Assembly: GCA_964410055.1 (NCBI GenBank)
Contig: CAYPGK010000009.1
Coordinates: 5,549 to 60,347 of the forward strand
DNA length: 54,799 bases
Reading direction: 5' to 3'
Source of the DNA: an uncultured Gemmatimonadaceae bacterium
GTDB taxonomy: Bacteria > Gemmatimonadota > Gemmatimonadetes > Longimicrobiales > RSA9
A program made the position numbers and the translations under genes. Below the pieces are notes generated by a model. That model did no database searches and was not told the origin of the DNA. It worked only from the letters and a program-made list of their open reading frames with translations. Every line of letters starts with the position of its first letter. The stretch's first letter is position 1. Shown here piece by piece: positions 17,393-26,610 of the stretch.

Positions 17393-18837
17393 TGGAAGAG
17401 CGTGGCACTGGCATGAACGCGGGGGCCCGCGACGAGGCGGGGCTGGACCTGCGCGCACTGGCGCGAACGGGGCCGGTCCACTTCGTCGGGATCTCGGGCG
17501 CCGGCGTCTCCGCGCTGGCGGAGCTGGTGCTGCGCAGCGGCGGCCGGGCGACGGGTTGCGACCTGCGCTCCGGCCCGGCAGTGGACGCGCTCCGCGAGCT
17601 GGGCGCCGAGATCGTGGAGGGGCACGACCCGTCGCACGTGGCGGACGCGGTCGCCGTGGTGACGACGGCGGCGGTCCCGGCCGACCATCCGGAGCTCGTC
17701 GAGGCGCGCGCCCGCGGGATCCCCGTACTGAAGCGGGCGGAGGCGCTGGGCGCGCTGGTCAACCGTGGGACGGTGGTCGCGGTCGCGGGGACGCACGGCA
17801 AGACGACGACGACGGCGATGACGACGGCGGTCCTGGCGGAGGCCGGGCTCGACCCGACGGGCTTCGTGGGCGGGCGGGTGCCGGGGTGGGGGAGCGGGCT
17901 GCGCGCCGGCTCGGACCGCCTCTTCGTGGTCGAGGCCGACGAGTACGACCGCTCGTTCCTCACTCTGCAGCCGGACGTGGCGATCGTGACGACGATCGAG
18001 GCCGATCACCTGGACGTCTACGGCACGCTCGAGGCGGTCGAGGCGGCGTTCCGCGAGTTCGTTGCGCCGGTGCCGGACGATGGCCTGATCGCGGCGTGCG
18101 TCGACGATGCGGGCGCGAAGCGGCTCCTGGAGGAGGCGGCGGGGGAGCGAGGGCTGGGCTACGGACTCTCTGCCGACGCCGCGCTTCGGGCGGTCGATGT
18201 CGAGGCGCGGGGCCGGGGGAGCCGGTTCATGCTGGTGGAGCGCGGCGAGCCGCTAGGCGAGGTAGTGTTGGGGGTGCCCGGGGCGCACAACGTGAGGAAC
18301 GCGCTGGCCGCGATCGCGGCGGCGCGGCACCTGGGCGCGGACCTGGCCGCGATCCGGCACGCGCTCGCTGAGTTCCGCGGCGTCGGCCGGCGGTTCGAGG
18401 CGCTGGGCGAGGCGGGCGGCGTGCTCTTCGTGGACGACTACGCGCACCACCCGACGGAGATCGAGGCGACGCTGGCCGCGGCGCGGAGCGCGTACCCGGA
18501 GCGGCGGCTCGTCGCCGTCTTCCAGCCACACCTGTACTCGAGGACGCGGGACTTCGCGGGGGCGTTCGGCCGGGCGCTGGCGGGTGCGGACGTGGTGTGG
18601 GTCGCAGAGGTCTATCCCGCGCGCGAGGCGCCGATCCCGGGCGTGACGGGCGCGCTGGTGGCGGACGCGGCGCGGGCGGCGGGTGCGGAGGACGTGCACT
18701 ACCACCCGGATGTGGGCACGCTGCGCGAGGCGCTCGCGGCGTCGCTGCGGTCGGGCGACCTGTGCCTGACGCTCGGCGCGGGCGACATCGACGAGACCGG
18801 CCGCGTGGTGCGGGAACGTCTGGAAGAGGCCGCGTGA
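17392..18837 (+). CDS. murC: UDP-MurNAc:L-Ala ligase MurC
   Basis: HFVGISGAGVS, AGTHGKTTT, EADEYD, DDYAHHPTE and FQPHLYSRT motifs. Confidence 0.95.
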   Translation: MEERGTGMNAGARDEAGLDLRALARTGPVHFVGISGAGVSALAELVLRSGGRATGCDLRSGPAVDALRELGAEIVEGHDPSHVADAVAVVTTAAVPADHPELVEARARGIPVLKRAEALGALVNRGTVVAVAGTHGKTTTTAMTTAVLAEAGLDPTGFVGGRVPGWGSGLRAGSDRLFVVEADEYDRSFLTLQPDVAIVTTIEADHLDVYGTLEAVEAAFREFVAPVPDDGLIAACVDDAGAKRLLEEAAGERGLGYGLSADAALRAVDVEARGRGSRFMLVERGEPLGEVVLGVPGAHNVRNALAAIAAARHLGADLAAIRHALAEFRGVGRRFEALGEAGGVLFVDDYAHHPTEIEATLAAARSAYPERRLVAVFQPHLYSRTRDFAGAFGRALAGADVVWVAEVYPAREAPIPGVTGALVADAARAAGAEDVHYHPDVGTLREALAASLRSGDLCLTLGAGDIDETGRVVRERLEEAA

Positions 18838-19583
18838 TCCGTGCGATCCCGCGCTGGGGCTGGGCGCTCCTTGCCCTTGCGGTCTTCGTCACGCTGGCGG
18901 CACAGGCGCCGCTGCTGCTCCGGCGCATGGAGGCGTTCCGGGTGCAGCGGGTCGAGGTGCTCGGGACGCGGTACCTGGCGCCGCACGACGCGCTGGCCGC
19001 GAGTGGGATCGCGGACACGTCGAGCGTCTTCGACGACCCGGCGCCGTGGCGCGAGGCGCTGATGCGCCACCCGCTGGTCGCGAGCGCGACGATCGAGCGC
19101 AAGCTCCCCGGGACGCTGATCGTGACGATCGTCGAGGTCGAGCCGGTCGCGCTGGTGCGCACGCCCGAGCTACGAGCGGTGGACGGCGCGGGGCGGATGC
19201 TCCCGATCGACCCGGCGGGTGCGGTGCTGGACGTGCCGATCGTGGACGCGCCCGTGCGGGTGGCCGAGGATGGCGTCGTCGAAAGCGACACGGTTGCCGC
19301 GCTGATCGACGTTGCCGCTCGCCTCGGGCGAGTCGCGCCGGCGCTCGCCGCGCGCGTATCCGAGGTCGGGGCGGGGGAGGGCGGCACGGTCCGGCTCCTC
19401 CTGCGCGAGCCGACGAACGCGGAGGTGCTGCTCCCGGCGGCGCTGGATGGCGAGCGCCTCGAGCAGCTCCGCCTGACGATACAGGATCTCGAGCGCCGCC
19501 AGGAGATGCGGGGCGTGCGCAGGATCGACGTACGATTCCGAGACCAGGTCGTGGTCTCGCTGAACCCTAGCGCAAGTGGCTGA
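18834..19583 (+). CDS. ftsQ: Cell division protein FtsQ/DivIB
   Basis: GTGA overlap; TM helix, POTRA-like segment (FRVQRVEVLG...RKLPGTL), C-terminal IDVRFRDQVVV. Confidence 0.88.
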   Translation: MIRAIPRWGWALLALAVFVTLAAQAPLLLRRMEAFRVQRVEVLGTRYLAPHDALAASGIADTSSVFDDPAPWREALMRHPLVASATIERKLPGTLIVTIVEVEPVALVRTPELRAVDGAGRMLPIDPAGAVLDVPIVDAPVRVAEDGVVESDTVAALIDVAARLGRVAPALAARVSEVGAGEGGTVRLLLREPTNAEVLLPAALDGERLEQLRLTIQDLERRQEMRGVRRIDVRFRDQVVVSLNPSASG

Positions 19584-20814
19584 TATGCGAGCCAACCTCT
19601 TTGCCGGGCTGGACATCGGGACGACGAAGACGTGTGCGGTCATCGTCGAGGTCGCGGGCGAGCCGCCGCGGCATCCCAAGATCAAGATACTGGGCGTCGG
19701 ACAGGCCCGGACGGGCGGGATGCGCCGCGAGGTGGTCACCGACATCGAGGAGACGACGGAGTCGGTGCGCGCGGCGATGAAGGAAGCCGAGCTCATGGCC
19801 GGCGTCTCGCTCGACCGCGTCTTCGTGGGCGTGGCGGGCGAGCACGTGCACGCGAAGACGTCGACGGGCGTCGTCGCCGTGGGCCGCGAGGAGATCGATG
19901 CGGGCGACGTGCGCCGTGTGCACGAGGTCGCGCGCGCGGTCGTCGTCCCGGCCGACCGCGAAGTTCTGCACGTGCTGCCGCAGGAGTACCTGGTCGACCA
20001 CCGGGCCGGGATCCGCGATCCGGTCGGGATGGTCGGCACGCGCCTCGAGGCGGAGGTCTACATCATCACGAGCTCGGTCACGGCCACGCAGAACCTGCGC
20101 AAGGCGGTCGACCGCGCTGGCTACAAGATCGAGGCGCTGGTCCACGAGCCGCTCGCGACGTCGCTCTCGGTGCTCGTCGAGGACGAGAAGGACGTCGGCG
20201 TCGCGCTGGTCGACCTGGGCGGCGCCACGACCGAGCTGGCCGTCTTCCGGGACGGCAAGATGCGCCATCTGGCCACGATCCCGTGGGGCGGCGTGACGGT
20301 GACGAACGACCTGGCGAAGGGGCTTTCCATCACCTACGCCGAAGCCGAGCGGGCCAAGGAGAAGTTCGGCGTCGCCTCGGCTCAGCTCGTCGACCCGCGG
20401 GAGATGGTCGAGGTCCCGGGCCCGGGGCCGGGGAGCCAGCGGCAGGTCCCGCGCGAGCTGATCGCGCACATCATCGAGCAGCGCCTGGACGAGATCCTCG
20501 GGCTCGTCGCCCGGGAGATCGAGAGCGCGGGCGAGAAGGGGAACCTCGGCGCCGGCGTCGTGCTGACGGGCGGCGGCGCCTCGCTCGCGGGGACCTCGGA
20601 GGTCGCGCAGCACGTCTTCGGCATGCCGGTCCGGATCGGCACTCCCGGCGAGGAGCTGGTCGGGCTGGTCGACTCGGTACGCCGTCCGAAGTTCGCAACC
20701 GCCACGGGGCTCGCCATGTACGGCGCGCACCGCGGCATCGAGACAGGGATCAGCACCGGATTCGGTGAGGGCGCCATGAGCCGACTGGTCGCCTGGCTGA
20801 AGGAGTTCTTCTAG
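19576..20814 (+). CDS. ftsA: Cell division protein FtsA
   Basis: GLDIGTTK, VDLGGATT, VVLTGGG motifs; C-terminal amphipathic WLKEFF. Confidence 0.96.
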   Translation: MADMRANLFAGLDIGTTKTCAVIVEVAGEPPRHPKIKILGVGQARTGGMRREVVTDIEETTESVRAAMKEAELMAGVSLDRVFVGVAGEHVHAKTSTGVVAVGREEIDAGDVRRVHEVARAVVVPADREVLHVLPQEYLVDHRAGIRDPVGMVGTRLEAEVYIITSSVTATQNLRKAVDRAGYKIEALVHEPLATSLSVLVEDEKDVGVALVDLGGATTELAVFRDGKMRHLATIPWGGVTVTNDLAKGLSITYAEAERAKEKFGVASAQLVDPREMVEVPGPGPGSQRQVPRELIAHIIEQRLDEILGLVAREIESAGEKGNLGAGVVLTGGGASLAGTSEVAQHVFGMPVRIGTPGEELVGLVDSVRRPKFATATGLAMYGAHRGIETGISTGFGEGAMSRLVAWLKEFF

Positions 20815-20886
20815 TCCGTTCCGTTTTCATCCAACCGCCACGGGGGATCACCGGTCGGTCTCCCGGGCCACCCAAAGGAGGGTGAC

Positions 20887-22068
20887 ATGATGATCTTCGA
20901 ATTCGAGGATGCAGCCGTCCAGAATGCGCGCATGAAAGTCGTCGGTGTGGGCGGTGGCGGCGGCAACGCGGTCAACCGCATGATCGACGAGGAGCTGGAG
21001 GGCGTCGAGTTCATCAGCGTCAACACGGATGCACAGGCGCTGAAGAGCTCGCGTTCGCAGGTCAAGATCCAGATCGGCAAGAAGCTGACGCGCGGGCTGG
21101 GCGCGGGCGCGCGCCCGGAGATCGGCCGGCAGGCGATCGAGGAGAACAAGGACGAGGTCGCGCGGGCGATCGAGGGCTCGGACCTGGTCTTCGTCACCGC
21201 CGGTATGGGCGGTGGCACGGGGACGGGCGCGGCGCCGGTCATCGCCGAGATGGCGCGCGAGATGGGCGCGCTCAGCATCGGGATCGTGACGAAGCCGTTC
21301 CTCTTCGAGGGGAAGAAGCGGATGCGTCAGGCCGAGCAGGGGCTGGCCGAGCTGAAGCGAGCGGCCGACACGGTCATCGTGGTTCCGAACGAGCGGCTGC
21401 TCTCGGTGGTCGGCAAGGGCGTCAGCTTCCGCGACGCGCTGAAGAAGGCCGACGAAGTGCTGCTGCACGCCACGCAGGGGATCAGCGACCTGATCAACGT
21501 GACGGGCGAGGTCAACGTGGACTTCGCGGACGTGCGGACGGTCATGCAGAACCGCGGTCCGGCGTTGATGGGCACGGGCTTCGGCCGTGGCGAGAACCGG
21601 GCGGTCGAGGCGGCTCAGGAGGCGATTTCGAGCCCACTGCTGGACAACCTGTCGATCTCGGGGGCGGCCGGCGTGCTGATCAACATCACGGGCGGCATGG
21701 ACCTCACCATTGACGAAGTCACGACGATCGCGTCTATCATCCAGGAGGCGGCGGGAGACGACGCGGAGATCATCTTCGGCGCGGTGCACGACCCGACGCT
21801 GGAGGGCGAGGTCCGGGTCACGGCGATCGCGACGGGGCTGGAGGCGGAAGCCGAGCCGCCGGCGCGCGACAACGTGATCCGTGGCAACTTCGCGCCGCGT
21901 CCGATGGTCGCTCCGGCCGCGGCCGCTGCTGCCGCAGCCCCTGCGGCGCCGCGGACGCCGGTCATCGCCGAGGCGATGCCGTTCCCGCGTCAGCCGGAGC
22001 GCGCGATCATGCGCCAGCAGCTTGCCGACCTGGACATCCCGACGTTCATCCGGCGACAGATGGATTAG
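20887..22068 (+). CDS. ftsZ: Cell division protein FtsZ
   Basis: [24 protein letters not shown] motifs; C-terminal [13 protein letters not shown]. Confidence 0.98.
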   Translation: MMIFEFEDAAVQNARMKVVGVGGGGGNAVNRMIDEELEGVEFISVNTDAQALKSSRSQVKIQIGKKLTRGLGAGARPEIGRQAIEENKDEVARAIEGSDLVFVTAGMGGGTGTGAAPVIAEMAREMGALSIGIVTKPFLFEGKKRMRQAEQGLAELKRAADTVIVVPNERLLSVVGKGVSFRDALKKADEVLLHATQGISDLINVTGEVNVDFADVRTVMQNRGPALMGTGFGRGENRAVEAAQEAISSPLLDNLSISGAAGVLINITGGMDLTIDEVTTIASIIQEAAGDDAEIIFGAVHDPTLEGEVRVTAIATGLEAEAEPPARDNVIRGNFAPRPMVAPAAAAAAAAPAAPRTPVIAEAMPFPRQPERAIMRQQLADLDIPTFIRRQMD

Positions 22069-22104
22069 GCGGAGCCGAGGGGCCTTCGCCGGAGAGGGGG
22101 ATCG

Positions 22105-23415
22105 ATGTCGAACCCGTTGCGAGTGACGGTGCTCGTGCTGCTCGCCACGCTCACGTGGGGGATCAGCGCGTTCTGGGAGCCCGGGAGCCGAGTGCCCGGG
22201 AGCGAGGCCGCGCCCGTGCTGGGCACGCTCTACGCCGCCCCGGTCGACCGCGTCGAGAAGCATGTGCTCGCCGCGGGCGAGACGCTCGACCGGCTGCTCA
22301 GCCGGGCGGAGATCGTGGGCGCGGAGCTGCACGAGCTGGTCCGTGCGCTCCGCGAGTACAAGAACCCGAGGCACCTGCGGCCGGGCGTGGAGGTCACGGT
22401 CCGCAAGTGGGCCGATGACGGCCGTGCGCGGGCGGTCGAGCTGCGGATCAACGCGGACAGCACGGTCCACTTCGATCGGTCGGAGACCGGCTGGGCCGGC
22501 AGCGTCCGGATCACGCCGACCACGATCGACACGACGTACGCGTCTGGCGTGATCGGCGTGGGCGGCTCGGTCTACCAGGCGATCATGCGCGACGACGCCC
22601 TGGAGCTGCCGCCGGCGGAGCGCGAAGCACTCGTCGCCGAGCTGGCGGAGATCTACGCCTACCGGCTCGACTTCTCGCACGACATCCGGCCCGGTGACCG
22701 GTACCGGCTGGTGTACGAGCGGGAGGCGCGGCCGGACGGGACGGCGCGCAGACGTCGCATTCTGGTGGCCGAGGTGGTGAACCAGGGGCGCACGTACCCG
22801 GCGATCTACTTCAACGCGCACGGCACGCGGGGCGAGTACTACGACAGCGAGGGCCGCTCGCTCCAGACGATGTTCCGGCGCTACCCCGTCGACTACGTGC
22901 GGATCACGTCGTCCTTCTCGTGGCGGCGCTATCATCCGGTGCTGGGGCGCTACCGCGCGCATCTCGGCACGGACTTCGGCGCGGCGCCCGGCACGCCGGT
23001 CCGGGCGACGGCCGACGGCACCGTCTCCTTCGCCGGCCGCGACGGCGGCTACGGCAACCTGATCAAGATCCGTCACGCGCTCGGCTACGAGACGCGCTAC
23101 GCGCACCTGCGCGGCTTCGCGCGTGGGATCAGGGCGGGGACGAAGGTGGTGCAGGGGCAGATCATCGGCTACGTCGGCGCGACCGGGCTGGCGACCGGTC
23201 CGCACCTGCACTACGAACTGCGGAAGAACGGCCAGGCGCTGAACGCGAGCCGGGTCCAGCTCCCCGGCAAGCCGGGCGTGCCCGACGCGAAGATGGCCGA
23301 CTTCCGCGCGCTGGTCGAAGAGCGCGTCGCGCTCCTCGAAACGAACCTCCCGGTGGGCCCGCACCTTGCGGGGGCGGAGGGCGAATCGGAACGGACAATG
23401 GGCGGAGACCGCTGA
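22105..23415 (+). CDS. M23 (LytM) peptidoglycan DD-endopeptidase, MepM-like
   Basis: N-terminal hydrophobic anchor, LysM/OapA-like region, HLGTD (HxxxD), GGYGN, YAHL and GPHLHYE (HxH). Confidence 0.92.
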   Translation: MSNPLRVTVLVLLATLTWGISAFWEPGSRVPGSEAAPVLGTLYAAPVDRVEKHVLAAGETLDRLLSRAEIVGAELHELVRALREYKNPRHLRPGVEVTVRKWADDGRARAVELRINADSTVHFDRSETGWAGSVRITPTTIDTTYASGVIGVGGSVYQAIMRDDALELPPAEREALVAELAEIYAYRLDFSHDIRPGDRYRLVYEREARPDGTARRRRILVAEVVNQGRTYPAIYFNAHGTRGEYYDSEGRSLQTMFRRYPVDYVRITSSFSWRRYHPVLGRYRAHLGTDFGAAPGTPVRATADGTVSFAGRDGGYGNLIKIRHALGYETRYAHLRGFARGIRAGTKVVQGQIIGYVGATGLATGPHLHYELRKNGQALNASRVQLPGKPGVPDAKMADFRALVEERVALLETNLPVGPHLAGAEGESERTMGGDR

Positions 23416-23453
23416 TTTCATTGCGGATCCCTCCGCCCACACCGGCGTACAAG

Positions 23454-23488
23454 ACGAAGCCTGCCGGCCCGGTGCCGGCAGGCTTCGT
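23454..23488 (+). terminator. GC-rich hairpin after the M23 gene, probable terminator
   Basis: ACGAAGCCTGCCGGC-ccggt-GCCGGCAGGCTTCGT, perfect 15-bp stem; weak U-tract. Confidence 0.6.
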
Positions 23489-23508
23489 TCGCGAAACGGA
23501 AGTGGCGG

Positions 23509-25500
23509 ATGGATCTGCTGAGCTGGGCACTCTTCGCGCTGGCGGCGACGGGCACGCTCGCCGTCGTGCATCACCTCTACCGTCGTCGGGAGGCGCCGGG
23601 TCATGGGCGCACGCTCCTGCTGATGCTGCGCTGGCTCGCGCTCACGCTCCTCATCCTGCTCCTCTTCGATCCGCACCTGCCGGTGCCGGGCTTCGCCTCG
23701 GGCGGCGAGCGCACCCGGGTTCTGGTCGATGCCTCTCTGAGCATGGCGCTGCCCCGCGCGCCAGGTGATACTACGACCCGCTGGCAGGCCGCGGTGCGCG
23801 AGGCGGCGCGGGCCGGGAGCGACGAGGTCCTCCTCTTCGGCGACGTCGCCCGATCGGTTCCGAAGGACTCGCTCGCGTCGCTGGAGCCGTCGGCGACGTC
23901 TAGCCGGCTGCTCCCGGCGCTCCAGGCGGCGTCCGAGGCCGGGGCCCGGCGCGTGGTCGTGCTGACGGACGGCGGGATCGACGATGCGGCCGAGGTGCGC
24001 CGCACGCTCCCCGCGCTCGGCCTCGACGTCGAGATCCGGCGCATCACCGAGGGCGCACTCGGCAACCGGGCTCTCGTCGAGGTCGAGGCGCCGGCGTGGG
24101 CGGAGGCGGGCAAGCCGCTCCGCGTCCGCGCTTCCGTCGCGGCCGTGGGAGTCGCGGGCGACACCGTGGACGTCGAGCTCCGGCGCGACGGGCGCGTCCT
24201 GGCCACGACGCGCGTCGCCGTTCCGGATTCAGGCCGCCTGGCCGAAGCGCTGCTCGAGTTCGAGCCCGACGCGCCGGAAGCGGGCGGCCTCGTCCGCTAC
24301 GACGTGGCGATCGCAGGCGACGACGCCGCGCCCGACGACGACGTGCGCAGCGTCTACGTCCACGTGGGCGAGCGGCCGACGGGCGTGGCGCTCGTCTCCT
24401 TGCGACCCGACTGGGAGCCGCGCTTCCTCATGCCGGTCCTCGAGGAGGCGCTCGGGCTGCCGGTGCGCGGCTTCCTCCGGGCGGCGCGCGAGCGCTACGT
24501 CGAAATGGGCGCCGGCGCCGATGCCGGCCGGCCCGCCGACGAGGCGACCGTGCGGCGCATCGTCCGGGAGGCCGACCTGGTCGTCATCCACGGGATGGGC
24601 CCGGGCGCGCCCGTCTGGGCGGCGGAGGCCGTGCGCGAAGCGCGCAGGGCGCTCATCTTCCCGGAGCCCGGCGCCCGCGATGCGGGGGTGCCGATCACGC
24701 TCCCGCCCGCGATGCCGGGCGAGTGGTACCCGACCGCCGACCTCCCCGCTTCGCCCGTCGCCGCGCTCCTCGCCGCGATGCCGACCGCGGCGCTGCCGCC
24801 GCTCACCGGCGTACGGCCCGTCGCGGCGCTGGACGGCGCGTGGTCGCCGATCACCGCGACGCGCGGCGGACGCGGCACCGGCGCGCCGGTCGTCGTTGCC
24901 AGGGAGGCCGATGGCCGACGCTGGGCAGTCGCGACCGCGGAAGGGTTCTGGCGTTGGGCGTTCCGGGGCGGCGAGGCGCGGCAGGCGTACCGTCGGCTCT
25001 GGAGCGCGATCGGTGGGTGGCTGATCGAAGGCGATGCCGCCGCGGGCGACTCGGTCGTCCGGCCCGTCCGGATCGCCGCACGGCGTGGTGAGCCGATCGG
25101 ATGGCTCGTCGGCTCGAGCGACGCCGACTCGGTCGCGCTGCGCATCACGGACGCGGAGGGCGCCGTCGTCATGGACACCGTCGTGAGCGCGCTACGCGGC
25201 GATACCGCGTACACGCCGCCCCTCGCGCCCGGGCACTACGCGTACGGTGCACGGGTGTTCACCGGCGATACGGAGGCCGGCGCGGCCGAGGGGCCGATCA
25301 GCGTCGAGAGCTATTCGCCGGAGTTCCTGCGGGCCTCCGCAGAGATCGGCGCCTTCGACGCCGAGGACGCGCGCGAGCCGGCGATCCGCAACATCGTGCG
25401 CGAAGGCCGCCCGCTGCATACTTTGCCCTGGGTCTACCTGATGATCGTCGGGCTCGTGTGCACGGAGTGGGTGCTGCGCCGGCGGTGGGGGCTCAGGTAG
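23509..25500 (+). CDS. VWA-domain membrane protein (BatA-like N-terminal TMs, Ig-like region, C-terminal TM)
   Basis: Two N-terminal TMs, MIDAS-like DASLS and VVLTDG, C-terminal TM ending EWVLRRRWGLR. Confidence 0.75.
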   Translation: MDLLSWALFALAATGTLAVVHHLYRRREAPGHGRTLLLMLRWLALTLLILLLFDPHLPVPGFASGGERTRVLVDASLSMALPRAPGDTTTRWQAAVREAARAGSDEVLLFGDVARSVPKDSLASLEPSATSSRLLPALQAASEAGARRVVVLTDGGIDDAAEVRRTLPALGLDVEIRRITEGALGNRALVEVEAPAWAEAGKPLRVRASVAAVGVAGDTVDVELRRDGRVLATTRVAVPDSGRLAEALLEFEPDAPEAGGLVRYDVAIAGDDAAPDDDVRSVYVHVGERPTGVALVSLRPDWEPRFLMPVLEEALGLPVRGFLRAARERYVEMGAGADAGRPADEATVRRIVREADLVVIHGMGPGAPVWAAEAVREARRALIFPEPGARDAGVPITLPPAMPGEWYPTADLPASPVAALLAAMPTAALPPLTGVRPVAALDGAWSPITATRGGRGTGAPVVVAREADGRRWAVATAEGFWRWAFRGGEARQAYRRLWSAIGGWLIEGDAAAGDSVVRPVRIAARRGEPIGWLVGSSDADSVALRITDAEGAVVMDTVVSALRGDTAYTPPLAPGHYAYGARVFTGDTEAGAAEGPISVESYSPEFLRASAEIGAFDAEDAREPAIRNIVREGRPLHTLPWVYLMIVGLVCTEWVLRRRWGLR

Positions 25501-25666
25501 ACGAGCGTTACCGGGAATGGGCCCGGAGGCGGGAACGACCCGTTCCGGAGGTGGGACCGGGCGCGTGCCGCTAACCGGCGCGCCGGCGGACGTCGTTGGG
25601 TTTAGGGGTAGTCATTTGGGGCCGACGGGCGTCGTCCGGGGATGAGTGGTGGAGACACGATAGGGA

Positions 25667-26596
25667 ATGGCAAGACTTTTCAAGCACAAGTCGGAGCGCA
25701 AGTCGCTCTGGCAGCGGATCAAGGACGTGGCGTTCACGGACGTCAACGTCCTCATTCAGGGTGGGGTTGACGAGGGTTCACTTGAGCGGCTGGAGGAGCT
25801 GCTGCTGGCGAGCGACTTCGGCGTGCCGGTGACAATGCGGCTGGTCGACCGGGTCGAAGATCTGTCCCGGCAGGGGAAGGCGCGCACGGAGCAGGACTTC
25901 CTGGACGCGGTCGAGCGGGAGCTGCTCACGGTCCTGCGCGGCGAGGGGACGGACGCGTCGCTGCGCTTCGCGAGCGGCGAGGGCCCGACGGTCTTCCTCG
26001 TGGTCGGCGTGAACGGGGTGGGCAAGACGACGACGATCGGCAAGCTCGCGCATCGTCTGAAGCGGCAGGGGCATCGGGTGCTCCTGGCGGCGGGCGATAC
26101 GTTCCGCGCGGGCGCGATCGACCAGCTCCGGGTGTGGGCGGAGCGTTCAGGCGCGGAATTCGTGGGGGCGCAGCCGGGTGCGGACCCGGCGGCGGTCGCC
26201 TTCGACGCGATCGATGCCGCTCGTGCGCGGGGCGCGGACGTGGTGATCATCGACACGGCCGGGCGTCTGCACACGCAGAGCGACCTGATGGCGGAGCTGG
26301 CGAAGGTGCACCGGGTCGTGGGGAAGAAGGTCGAGGGCGCGCCGCACGAGACGTTGCTCGTCCTGGACGCGACGACGGGTCAGAATGCGCTGTCGCAGGT
26401 GCGCATCTTCTCGGGGATGCTTCAGCTCACGGGGCTGGTCCTCTCGAAGCTGGACAGCACGGCGAAGGGCGGGATCGTGGTGGCGCTCAAGGAGCAATTC
26501 GGGATCCCGGTCAAGCTGGTCGGCACGGGCGAAGGGATCGAGGAGCTGGAGCCGTTCGACGCGGAGCTGTTCGCAAAGGAAGTCCTGACCGCCTGA
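25667..26596 (+). CDS. ftsY: SRP receptor FtsY
   Basis: GVNGVGKTTT, DTFRAGA, DTAGR, DATTGQN and KLDSTAKGG motifs. Confidence 0.96.
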   Translation: MARLFKHKSERKSLWQRIKDVAFTDVNVLIQGGVDEGSLERLEELLLASDFGVPVTMRLVDRVEDLSRQGKARTEQDFLDAVERELLTVLRGEGTDASLRFASGEGPTVFLVVGVNGVGKTTTIGKLAHRLKRQGHRVLLAAGDTFRAGAIDQLRVWAERSGAEFVGAQPGADPAAVAFDAIDAARARGADVVIIDTAGRLHTQSDLMAELAKVHRVVGKKVEGAPHETLLVLDATTGQNALSQVRIFSGMLQLTGLVLSKLDSTAKGGIVVALKEQFGIPVKLVGTGEGIEELEPFDAELFAKEVLTA

Positions 26597-26610
26597 CGGG
26601 GCGGACCATC

